From assembly GCA_015523325.1 (NCBI GenBank), contig WAKO01000015.1, forward strand, positions 9,812 to 73,811: 64,000 nucleotides of DNA, written 5' to 3'. The stretch is from Candidatus Micrarchaeota archaeon. GTDB taxonomy: Archaea; Micrarchaeota; Micrarchaeia; Anstonellales; J096. The notes below the pieces were generated by a model. The model was not told the DNA's origin, made no database searches, and was given only the letters and a program-made list of their open reading frames with translations. Below are positions 18,792-28,441 of this stretch, in pieces. How positions within the stretch are numbered: position 1 is the first letter of the stretch; each line of letters opens with the position of its first letter. A program made the position numbers and the translations under genes.

Positions 18792-19946
18792 ATGAGTAGA
18801 GGAAGATACAAGAGAAGATGCTTAATAATAGCAGAAGGGAGAGGAGCCTGGTGTATAAGTAAGGGGGAAGGAATTTATTTAGACATAGCTCCTATAAACA
18901 TAATACAAGCTTGTATAAAGGCCAAGGAAGCTTTGGAAAGAGGAGAAAAGCCAATCCTTGTTTTTCAGATTGATAGAGGGAAAAGTACAGAAAGCTATTC
19001 ATTTCCAAAGAACTTTGAGGGAAGTTTAGAGATTTACAAAAGAGTTATGCCAATAGTTATTTTTCCAGAAAACCAAGCACACCTCAAGCAAAGGTTTTTA
19101 GGATTTAAGGATAGAGAGTTGGAAGAGTTCTTTGAAATAAAGGAAGAAATGAGCATGAAAGAATTTGAAGAGAAAACAACAAGAAAACTAGCATTATTCA
19201 CTTTGGAAAGATTAGGAATAAAGGATGATGTGCAAACTATCCTAATTAGATTTTCTCCTGATAAAAGAGGGCTTTGGGGAGAAAAAGTGAAAGAGCAGAT
19301 GGAATTTCTATTGGAGGGGGAGGCAAGAGAAGTTTATGAAAGAATTAAAAGGTTCAACACCTTTTTTATGATGAGAGGAAGAGATGCATATTCTATTCCA
19401 ATATTTTATGAATTTGATGGGAGGTTAATCTCCTTTCTCACCTATTCAATAAAAAGAGGAAGGAGAGTTAAAATATCAAAAGGGGGTGAATTAGGTAATG
19501 TAATATATGATCTAGAAGAATATATAGAGATCATAAAGAGTAGAGAGCTCTATATAAAATATCCTTTAGTTGTTCTAGATTATGTTCACCAATTTCTTGA
19601 AGTTTTTGGATTGAGTAAGAAGATAGAGCTAAGAAAGATAGTTGAGAGTACTGATGTTTCAGAATATTTGAAGAAAATTATTAAAGAAGAGGAAAAAAGG
19701 AAAGTTAGATTGGAAAGAGTTGTTTTTGTTGAGGGTGATGAAGGAGGAGTTAATGAACTAACTGGTGGAATTGCAGAGAAGTTTTTTGAGGAATTGGCAA
19801 AGGCTTTTTATGCAAGATATGAGAGGGTTATTTCCCTAGAGAGAAGCTCTATAGAAAGAGAAATGAAAAAACAAAGTCATAGGGAGCTAGTGGAATTAAT
19901 AATTAGATGGAATGGATTTATGAAAAGCTATTTGATTAATCCCTAG
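18792..19946 (+). CDS. Hypothetical protein (384 aa)
   Basis: Long ORF with no recognised motif. Confidence 0.6.
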   Translation: MSRGRYKRRCLIIAEGRGAWCISKGEGIYLDIAPINIIQACIKAKEALERGEKPILVFQIDRGKSTESYSFPKNFEGSLEIYKRVMPIVIFPENQAHLKQRFLGFKDRELEEFFEIKEEMSMKEFEEKTTRKLALFTLERLGIKDDVQTILIRFSPDKRGLWGEKVKEQMEFLLEGEAREVYERIKRFNTFFMMRGRDAYSIPIFYEFDGRLISFLTYSIKRGRRVKISKGGELGNVIYDLEEYIEIIKSRELYIKYPLVVLDYVHQFLEVFGLSKKIELRKIVESTDVSEYLKKIIKEEEKRKVRLERVVFVEGDEGGVNELTGGIAEKFFEELAKAFYARYERVISLERSSIEREMKKQSHRELVELIIRWNGFMKSYLINP

Positions 19947-20007
19947 AGAGTATTTAAATGCAAGAAAAGCAAGAGGTTTTTAAATTAAGAGAGAGAATAA
20001 AAATTAA

Positions 20008-21252
20008 ATGAAAAATGGAGGAAAAGAAAGCTATTATGTTGAATTAATAAAAGCAAAAAGAAGAAAATGGCTCGAGATATTTAGAGGACTTAAAGATAAT
20101 ATAAAAGCAAATGTGTTTAGGAAACTCCCTAAAAAAACTAAAAAAGAGATATTAGAGAGCATTCCTACAAATGAAGCGCTAAAGTTCATTCATTTTTTTG
20201 ATTATGATGAGATAGCAGATTACCTTCAATTAATAGGAGAAGAGAAAAGGCAAAAAATCCTTAAGGGATTGGAAAAAGAGATAAAGGAAAAGGTTAAATT
20301 CCTATTAAGATTTGACCCAAATACTGCTGGAGGGTTGATGGACTTAAATTATATAATTGTGGATGTTGAAGAAACTATTGGAGAAGTCCTAAAAAAAGTA
20401 AAAAACCATACTAAAAGAGTTGGAAAGTTTCCTGTGATTTTAGCAATAGAAAGAGGAAAGCTTAAAGGAGAGCTCCCTCCGTATTTACTTGGGTTTCTAA
20501 GGAAGAATCAAAAAGTTAAGAATAACATAAGGAGAGTCCCCCATGTTTATTACTATGAGGAAGAGGAAAAGATAATAAAAAAGTTTAGAAGCCACCCTCA
20601 CAATAAAGTAGTTGTTTTGGATGAAGATGGGAGTGTTTTAGGAGTTATTTTTTCTGAAGATATATTGAAGTTGATAGATAAGGATACGCTATCTGAATTT
20701 GCTGGAATAAAAGGAGAGGAAAGTCTTGCTAACTATGTGGAAAAGGTTAGGTTTAGGTATAGGTGGCTTATAATAAATCTTTTTACAGGTTTTTTGGCTG
20801 CTTTTGTTGTTAGCTTGTTTGAGGAAACGATAAAGAAAGCTGTTGTGCTAGCCTCTTATATGCCAATAATAGCTGGGATGGGAGGAAATGCGGCAACCCA
20901 AACCTTAGCTGTTGTTGTAAGAGGTTTGGCTTTAAATGAAATAAGCTTTGATAAAGTGAAGGATTTATTAGTTAATGAAGTATTAGCTGGAATAGTAAAT
21001 GGGGTAATAAATGGATTAATTATACTAGTCGTAGCTCTAATATTTAATCAAAATCCTATTATAGGAGCTATAGCTTTTGTGGCCATGGTTTCAAATTTAG
21101 TTGTGGCGGCTTTTTTTGGAACAATAATTCCATTGATATTGAAAAAATTGGGAAAAGATCCTGCTTCCTCAGCCTCTATTTTCATAACTACTGCTACTGA
21201 CGTTTTTGGATTCCTTACATTTTTAGGGCTGGCTAAGGTTTTTTTAGGATAA
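20008..21252 (+). CDS. mgtE: Magnesium transporter MgtE
   Basis: 414 aa with an MgtE N domain, a CBS pair, and a TM domain containing PIIAGMGGNAATQT and DPASSASIFITTATDVFGF. Confidence 0.9.
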   Translation: MKNGGKESYYVELIKAKRRKWLEIFRGLKDNIKANVFRKLPKKTKKEILESIPTNEALKFIHFFDYDEIADYLQLIGEEKRQKILKGLEKEIKEKVKFLLRFDPNTAGGLMDLNYIIVDVEETIGEVLKKVKNHTKRVGKFPVILAIERGKLKGELPPYLLGFLRKNQKVKNNIRRVPHVYYYEEEEKIIKKFRSHPHNKVVVLDEDGSVLGVIFSEDILKLIDKDTLSEFAGIKGEESLANYVEKVRFRYRWLIINLFTGFLAAFVVSLFEETIKKAVVLASYMPIIAGMGGNAATQTLAVVVRGLALNEISFDKVKDLLVNEVLAGIVNGVINGLIILVVALIFNQNPIIGAIAFVAMVSNLVVAAFFGTIIPLILKKLGKDPASSASIFITTATDVFGFLTFLGLAKVFLG

Positions 21253-21264
21253 GTTTTAAAGCTT

Positions 21265-21289
21265 GCTAAATGCGTTTAGCAGGGTTTTT
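21265..21289 (+). terminator. Hairpin plus T-run downstream of mgtE
   Basis: gctaaa-tgcg-tttagc is a perfect 6-bp stem at 21265-21280, followed by agggttttt. It lies 13 nt after the mgtE stop. Confidence 0.4.
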
Positions 21290-21390
21290 AAATGAGTTGA
21301 GGTGCTTCAGAAGTTGTTTTTCCTACAAGAACTCTTAATCTATGAGAATTTCTAATACAAGTACAAGAATTGAAAAAGTTAGAATACAGG

Positions 21391-21440
21391 TGGAGGCTTT
21401 AGTTTGGGCTAGGAGTTGGAAAGGCCCCTTGCACTTAAAC
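21391..21440 (-). promoter_or_regulatory. 3' trailer half of the 16S pre-rRNA processing stem
   Basis: In RNA sense, GUUUAAGUGCAAGGGGCCUUUCCAACUCCUAGCCCAAACUAAAGCCUCCA pairs with the leader at 22937-23013. Confidence 0.75.
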
Positions 21441-22936
<1,496 letters not shown>

Positions 22937-23013
22937 ATCCTGCAACTGGGAATTGGGGAGTTGTTTAAGGCGGGTACACCACTTCCAACTCCTGTTAGCC
23001 CCTAAAGCCTCCA
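22937..23013 (-). promoter_or_regulatory. 5' leader half of the 16S pre-rRNA processing stem (BHB-like)
   Basis: In RNA sense, UGGAGGCUUUAG-GGGCUA-ACA-GGAGUUGGA...UUAAAC pairs with the trailer: 12 bp, a 3-nt bulge, 6 bp, an opposed 3-nt bulge, then 9 bp. Confidence 0.75.
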
Positions 23014-23221
23014 TCCCATTTCCAGCAGGAAATGTTCATTAATTAATAAGCAATTCTTTCTTTAATTCACAAAGTATTTTTAAATGTTTCTCTAAGTAAA
23101 AACCATCCTTTTTTAGCTACTTTCCCCCTGCAAGGGGAATGTTTTTTAAATGAAAGAAAATAGAGGGAGAAATACCAAAAACAACTAATAAGCTTAAATA
23201 ATTAAATAGTAAAACTGGTTT

Positions 23222-23653
23222 ATGGATGAGCTTGATATTGAGATTGTGAAAGAGCTTGAGAGAGAGAAGAGGAGTTTGAGAGGGCTTAGCAGGTTTCTAA
23301 GAGTTCCTATTACAACACTACATAATAGGATAAAGAAGCTTGAAAAAAAGGGAGTAATAAAGAAGTATAAAGCTGAAGTGGATTGGGAAGCTTTAGGGTT
23401 TAAGGTTTTTGCGTACGTGTTGATTTATGTAGATGCTACTGAGCTAAAAAAGTTGAACAAAAGCCAACAGGATATTAAGAATGCCTTGCTATCTTTTGAA
23501 TTCGTAGAGGAATGTCACATAATTACTGGAGATGCTGATTTAATAGCTAAGCTAAAAGCAAAGAGCACAAAAGAGCTGGGAGAATTAATAACAAAGAATA
23601 TTCAAAGCATAATGGGAATATCTAAAACAAAAACATTAATATGTATAGACTGA
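23222..23653 (+). CDS. lrp: Lrp/AsnC family transcriptional regulator
   Basis: 143 aa with the N-terminal HTH LDIEIVKELEREKRSLRGLSRFLRVPITTLHNRIKKLEKKGVIKKY and a RAM-like C-terminal domain. Confidence 0.88.
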   Translation: MDELDIEIVKELEREKRSLRGLSRFLRVPITTLHNRIKKLEKKGVIKKYKAEVDWEALGFKVFAYVLIYVDATELKKLNKSQQDIKNALLSFEFVEECHIITGDADLIAKLKAKSTKELGELITKNIQSIMGISKTKTLICID

Positions 23654-23691
23654 ATACAAAACAAAAGTTAAATTAAGACAAGATACTAATT

Positions 23692-24003
23692 TTATTTTAA
23701 AGATTCCTTTACCCATTTTAAATAGGGTGGAAAAGCTTCGGCATCAAAAAATATTATTTCTGGACATTCATAATTATGGAGCTCTTTTATTCTACCCTCA
23801 ACAAGCTCCTTCTTAGTTTTCAAAGTTTTTATTATTAGCAAAAACTCCTCTGAGGTTTCCAAAGAATTCTTCCAAAAATAGGAAGAAGAAACCTTAAAAT
23901 AGCTTATACAAGCAGCCAACTTTTCTTTTAACAAATCATCCTTTATTGATTCTAAAACCTCCTTACTATTAGTTGTTGTTATGCAAATCACTATTTCTCC
24001 CAT
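23692..24003 (-). CDS. cutA: Divalent-cation tolerance protein CutA
   Basis: 103 aa. The pattern LAACISYFKVSSSYFWKNSLETSEEFLLIIKT...HNYECPEIIFFD is typical of CutA1. Confidence 0.8.
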   Translation of the reverse strand: MGEIVICITTTNSKEVLESIKDDLLKEKLAACISYFKVSSSYFWKNSLETSEEFLLIIKTLKTKKELVEGRIKELHNYECPEIIFFDAEAFPPYLKWVKESLK

Positions 24004-24053
24004 ATTATCCCTTCACAATAAACACTAATCTAGCCAAGCCTAAATAAGCACGG

Positions 24054-25013
24054 TTAATTTTTGCTTAATTTAATACTTTTTAAAATCTTTCTTATCTCTT
24101 TCTTATTCTCATTTTCTTGAACAAGGCCTTTATCATAAAGATATAAAAACAACTTCCCCCTCCTTTTCCTAACTTCAATAGGAACCTCAAAATCTTCTCC
24201 TTTGTATATCAAATCTATTGGAGTTTTTCCATCTTTATTCTCATAAAACCATGAACTATCTTTTCCCAGTACTTTAAAGGCATTTTCAACAAATCCCATA
24301 TTCCTCACAGCTATTGCAAAATGCAAAGGTAAATTTCCATAAATATCTGGAGAAGATAGCAAATGTGAAAATCCCTTCTCAATTAAAAAGTCAAACTTCT
24401 CCTTAATTTTTAAGAAAAAATTAAACTCAAAGGAAAGTAGGGCTATATTATGCATTATATTTTCCTCATTAAAAATATTTCTTTCTTCAAAAGCTGATCT
24501 TTTCTTTTCGTAAATAAAATCAAAAATATCCAAATCCTCTGAGGATAAAGCATAAACTACAAACTTATTACCACTTTTATCAACTAAAGAGAAAAGCTTA
24601 TCTCCAACTAATTCATAAAAAGAGCAGATAAAAGAAAGGTTATTGATACATCCAAAGATATGTGGATGCAAACCTCCTAATATATCATCTTCAGTTAAAG
24701 AAAACTTATGCTTATTTTCCCAAAAAAACCTCAACACTTCAATACTTGAAAATTGATATGAATTTCTTATTAAAAACTCTAAAAAAGCTTTAGTTGTTTT
24801 AACCCTTTCTAGGGAAAGAACTAGGTTTTCTACATCATCTTTCTCCAAACATTTTAGGAAAAGCTGTTCAAAATAGTCCCTTTTAGATAAGTATTCCTCT
24901 AAAGGCCCATAAGAGGGGGAGTAATTAAACATATCAAATTTTTTGTAGGGGTAAGAATTCTTTTTATTTTGCCCTTTTGGAGAGATATTTTTTGTTTTTC
25001 CCATCTCCTTCAT
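24054..25013 (-). CDS. Ankyrin-repeat-containing protein
   Basis: 319 aa. The C-terminal half has GNLPLHFAIAVRNMGFVENAF and NKDGKTPIDLIY, resembling the repeats of the 4179-4709 protein. Confidence 0.65.
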   Translation of the reverse strand: MKEMGKTKNISPKGQNKKNSYPYKKFDMFNYSPSYGPLEEYLSKRDYFEQLFLKCLEKDDVENLVLSLERVKTTKAFLEFLIRNSYQFSSIEVLRFFWENKHKFSLTEDDILGGLHPHIFGCINNLSFICSFYELVGDKLFSLVDKSGNKFVVYALSSEDLDIFDFIYEKKRSAFEERNIFNEENIMHNIALLSFEFNFFLKIKEKFDFLIEKGFSHLLSSPDIYGNLPLHFAIAVRNMGFVENAFKVLGKDSSWFYENKDGKTPIDLIYKGEDFEVPIEVRKRRGKLFLYLYDKGLVQENENKKEIRKILKSIKLSKN

Positions 25014-25019
25014 CAGCGC

Positions 25020-25068
25020 TCAGCGCTCCAGATATTCATCACTAATCAGGAAACCTGCGTTTCATCAC
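25020..25068 (-). ncRNA. C/D box sRNA (2'-O-methylation guide)
   Basis: Minus strand reads GTGATGA(C)-aacgcaggtttc(12 nt)-CTGA(D')-tta-GTGATGA(C')-atatctggagcg(12 nt)-CTGA(D). C is at 25062-25068, D' at 25046-25049, C' at 25036-25042 and D at 25020-25023. This is the canonical archaeal box order and spacing. Confidence 0.8.
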
Positions 25069-25119
25069 TACTCTTATTTCTCAGTTAAAATTTAAAAATA
25101 GAGTTCCATAATTATCTCT

Positions 25120-25791
25120 TTAATTTTTTATCAAGTCTAAGGCTTCTTCAACTCTTGAAAGCTCAAAACCAGTTGTTAAGGAATTAACAACACAGCCCTT
25201 ATCATTAGCAATAACTCCTAACTTTATGAATTGAGAACCAAGGCTTATGCTTCCCCTCAAAGGAGAGACCTTAAGAGCTTTCTTTATTATCTCTAACTCT
25301 TCATCACTTGCTTTATAAGAAACTAATGCCCCTCTGTTATTAACAACTAAAAGAGAGGCAATTGCTTTATAATTTGCTAAAGATGTTTGAAAGAACTCCA
25401 AACCAGTTTTATCCTCAAGCTCCCTTAAGGCTTCTTTTCCTAAATAAGGAGAGGCTATCCCTCCTTTATCATTAACAGCAATAAGATTACCTAAAGCTGT
25501 TAAAGGAAAGTTCTTTTTTGAAAGCACTATGACTTCCAAATACTCCTTAAAAATTTCTAGCTCTTGTTTTTCAGTAAAATAAGGAAGTAAAACAAACCCA
25601 GAATTTATTACTCCATAAATGCCTAAAAGAGGAGAGTCAAATATCGTTGTTTTTATTGGAAAAACATTTAAGTTATCCTCTATCTCCTCAATTATCTTTG
25701 TTGGAGAGGATGGGGGAAAAAACAAAAATTCATTATTTACAAGAAAAAAAGCACCAATGTTGGGATTTCCATTAAAGCTAAGCCTTCTCAT
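25120..25791 (-). CDS. eif6: Translation initiation factor 6 (aIF6)
   Basis: 223 aa starting FNGNPNIGAFFLVNNEFLFFP, with the pentein-repeat pattern and the conserved neighbourhood with L31e and L39e. Confidence 0.85.
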   Translation of the reverse strand: MRRLSFNGNPNIGAFFLVNNEFLFFPPSSPTKIIEEIEDNLNVFPIKTTIFDSPLLGIYGVINSGFVLLPYFTEKQELEIFKEYLEVIVLSKKNFPLTALGNLIAVNDKGGIASPYLGKEALRELEDKTGLEFFQTSLANYKAIASLLVVNNRGALVSYKASDEELEIIKKALKVSPLRGSISLGSQFIKLGVIANDKGCVVNSLTTGFELSRVEEALDLIKN

Positions 25792-26237
25792 TTTTTATCT
25801 TTTTCCTTTTTGTTTTGGGTTTTAGTTTCCTTATGTTCTGACTTTTCTTCTTCTTTCTCCTTTTCATTTTGCCTATTTTCTTTTTTCCCCTCTTTTTTAC
25901 CTTCTCCCTTCACATCCCCAACTTTTTTCTGTTTATTTTTCTCTTCCTTTTTCTCCATTTCCTTATTTTCCTCTAGCTTCTCCTCTGGAAGTAAAACAAA
26001 AGCAATTTCCTCTTTTTTTAGAATCTTTACTCTAATTTTTCTTGGAGGTTTTTCAATACTACTTTTCCAAACAAGAGAATTCACTCTTTCGCTTATTTTA
26101 ATGCTTGAAGGGGAAACCTTTGCATGCCTAACTACAAATGCTCTTATTTCTTTAATTGCTCTAGGAGCTCTTTTCTTTCTTGGCTTCTCATAAACATTTC
26201 CCAAAGAAATAGTGTAGATTGCCTCCTCACCTTTCAT
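25788..26237 (-). CDS. rpl31e: 50S ribosomal protein L31e with a long KE-rich C-terminal extension
   Basis: The L31e core is YTISLGNVYEKPRKKRAPRAIKEIRAFVVRHAK...IEKPPRKIRVKI. About 60 additional K/E-rich residues follow. Confidence 0.85.
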   Translation of the reverse strand: MKGEEAIYTISLGNVYEKPRKKRAPRAIKEIRAFVVRHAKVSPSSIKISERVNSLVWKSSIEKPPRKIRVKILKKEEIAFVLLPEEKLEENKEMEKKEEKNKQKKVGDVKGEGKKEGKKENRQNEKEKEEEKSEHKETKTQNKKEKDKK

Positions 26238-26255
26238 AAGACCCCTCTTTATTTT

Positions 26256-26441
26256 CTAGTTTTTATTTTTTAAATTCCTTCTTAGATTTCTAGTTAAAAG
26301 TTTATCTCTCCTCCAATTTCTCCTAAATTTGTTTCTAACTACTTTTCTCCCGCTCTTTGCTACAACAAAGAGAGGGATTCTCCTATTTCTCTTATTTCTC
26401 TTTATTAACCAAAGTTTTATCTCTAAATTATTCTTTGCCAT
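26256..26441 (-). CDS. rpl39e: 50S ribosomal protein L39e
   Basis: MAKNNLEIKLWLIKRNKRNRRIPLFVVAKSGRKVVRNKFRRNWRRDKL. The track ORF begins 12 nt further upstream at 26453. Confidence 0.85.
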   Translation of the reverse strand: MAKNNLEIKLWLIKRNKRNRRIPLFVVAKSGRKVVRNKFRRNWRRDKLLTRNLRRNLKNKN

Positions 26442-26522
26442 AAAACCCACCAACTACCAAATATGGCTAGCTTTCTGACTTTAAAGATATATTATGCAAG
26501 CCTTTAAAAACTTATTGAAAAA

Positions 26523-26846
26523 CTAAAGCTTCCCCCTTCTCCCTTTATTTTTTTCTTTTCTTTTTAGTTTTTCCTTCTTTAGTTGTTCCCCTCTAAGTTG
26601 TTCTTGTTCTTCTTTTTCTTTAAAGTATTTCCAAACCTTATAAGCTAAGTAAATAGTGCTCAACGCTATCAAAAGTAGTAAAGCAATCTCTAAATAAGTG
26701 AAGAGAGGGTCTTGAGAAACAACAACCTTTAATGTAGTAGTTTCATTTGCAACTACTTCCACGTTATCAACGAAAATGCTTTCATTGTTTAGGATTACTA
26801 TGCTTTGAGCTGTTAAATTCCTAAATAAATTCCTCACTATTTTCAT
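26523..26846 (-). CDS. Small membrane protein with a C-terminal TM anchor and basic tail
   Basis: 107 aa with TM LEIALLLLIALSTIYLAY followed by a KE/KR tail. It starts 8 nt downstream of the 489-aa gene. Confidence 0.6.
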   Translation of the reverse strand: MKIVRNLFRNLTAQSIVILNNESIFVDNVEVVANETTTLKVVVSQDPLFTYLEIALLLLIALSTIYLAYKVWKYFKEKEEQEQLRGEQLKKEKLKRKEKNKGRRGKL

Positions 26847-26854
26847 TCTTCCAC

Positions 26855-28324
26855 CTAGTTAACTTTACATATGAAAAAGCTTGTGAAAGCTTCTTCCTTA
26901 ATATTGGAAATTGATGATGGTTTTCCATTAGAATATGAGAAAAGCATCTGTAATTTATCTCCTTTCCTTAAATAGAGTAGTTCTGAGATTGTAACAGCAT
27001 GAGTGTATGGAACAATTTTATTGGAAGGAATTTGAATAGGATAGGATTTAACAATTTTTCCATTAACTAAAAAATCCACCTTTCCAACAAAATCAACAGA
27101 TACTGACTCAAAGAATAAAACAAATGTCAAAGTCATATCATAATAACCATCTTTTCCTATTATTAGGGTTTCCTTTAAAACATCAGGAGGAGAGCTCTCC
27201 AAATCAGCTGTTTGGAATAGGGAAGAGGTTAAAGGATCTCTAACAGAATTACTTCCCTCTAGCTCAATAAAAACTTTGCTAGAAGGAATTTTATAGCTTG
27301 TTGTGTAAGAATATTTTGCACATATAGGAACTGCATTTATATGTCCCCCAACATCCAATGCATATTCATTCTCATAAGAAGTTTTGTTAACTACTAAAGT
27401 TTCTTTATTCCAAGTCAAGGAAACATCGCTATCTAAAGTTCCTCCATCTGAAAAAATAATGGAGTTGTTATTAAATGGCATATTTGAAACTAAATTGAAG
27501 TATTCCAAATAGCTCAAATGATATCTCTCATTGGAGTTTCCTCCTTGAAGTCCTGCTAATTGGTTATGAGGGGGAATTGAAGAGCTTATGGACCTAAAAG
27601 TTAAACCTGTCTCATCATTTTTCACCATAACAAACTTTCCACCTTCTCCAGCATAAGAGGAAGGGGTGTCACTCAAATTCAAGAAAGAATAATTAGAAGG
27701 AAAGCCTGAAGAAAAATTGTTAATTAGGTTTTCTATCTCTCTCTGCGATGTGAAAATAAGAGAATCAACATATTTTTTGGTAACCAAAGTTCTTTGAGGA
27801 TCTACAGGTTGAGGATAGGAGATTATGTTATCAACAACTTCCCCTTTTTGAAGAGATATTGGTTTAGAAAAGGTTGCTTTTTCTCCTTCAACAACAATAA
27901 AAGAAAGCTCATTAAGTCTACTCTCTAAAGCATCAACTACAAGTTGTAACTCCCACACCCACTCCCCTACTTTCTTTAAGAGAGGATTTAAAGTAGAAAA
28001 AATTGGTTTTCTCTCTCTTTTTTTAACCCCCCAATCAACTTCAACATTATTAATAACATACTCCTTCCAATATAATTCCTCAACTTTCATGTTTGAGTTT
28101 TCCTCAATTCTCCAAGAATTAAACTCATCAGTAGTTGTATAAAACTTTTCTAACATTCTTCCTCCAACTTCTGAGTCAAATATCATTATTTCCAAAGAGG
28201 AGTTAGAATAATTCCCAAAGATTCTTCCTTCCTCTTTATAAATTATGGCTCCAGAGCTTAAGGCCAGAATAATTAAAGAAAGAGAAAACACGTAAAAAAG
28301 CCCTCTCGAATGGAGCAGGTTCAC
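26855..28324 (-). CDS. Secreted or anchored protein with tail-fibre-like motifs and a C1q/TNF-like C-terminal jelly-roll
   Basis: 489 aa. N-terminal hydrophobic signal, LNLSDTPSSYAGEGGKFVMVKNDETGLTF, HNQLAGLQGGNSNERYHL, and the C-terminal pattern GYYDMTLTF...LRKGDKLQMLFS...FTSFFICKV. Confidence 0.7.
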   Translation of the reverse strand: MNLLHSRGLFYVFSLSLIILALSSGAIIYKEEGRIFGNYSNSSLEIMIFDSEVGGRMLEKFYTTTDEFNSWRIEENSNMKVEELYWKEYVINNVEVDWGVKKRERKPIFSTLNPLLKKVGEWVWELQLVVDALESRLNELSFIVVEGEKATFSKPISLQKGEVVDNIISYPQPVDPQRTLVTKKYVDSLIFTSQREIENLINNFSSGFPSNYSFLNLSDTPSSYAGEGGKFVMVKNDETGLTFRSISSSIPPHNQLAGLQGGNSNERYHLSYLEYFNLVSNMPFNNNSIIFSDGGTLDSDVSLTWNKETLVVNKTSYENEYALDVGGHINAVPICAKYSYTTSYKIPSSKVFIELEGSNSVRDPLTSSLFQTADLESSPPDVLKETLIIGKDGYYDMTLTFVLFFESVSVDFVGKVDFLVNGKIVKSYPIQIPSNKIVPYTHAVTISELLYLRKGDKLQMLFSYSNGKPSSISNIKEEAFTSFFICKVN

Positions 28325-28441
28325 AAAGATAACTTTTAAGGCAAAGGTTTAAAAACAATTAAGAGAGGGATGGGGTTATAAATCTTTGATAATAGAGCAT
28401 ATAAAAAAGTTTTTAATAAGTTGCAAACTTATAGGAAAAGT

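Noticed and set aside
25020-25068. 16S rRNA as the target of the C/D sRNA guides
   Set aside because: The closest 16S segments (GGGAACCUACGG near the 3' end; GCGAAACCUCCGCAA; GGCUCCUGGCUA) each have multiple mismatches to the 12-nt complements. The targets are presumably outside this window.
26855-28324. Possible integrated provirus suggested by the tail-fibre-like gene
   Set aside because: No capsid, terminase, integrase or att-like repeat is nearby. The flanking genes are aIF2-beta and L39e/L31e/aIF6, so this is a lone gene and not a prophage.
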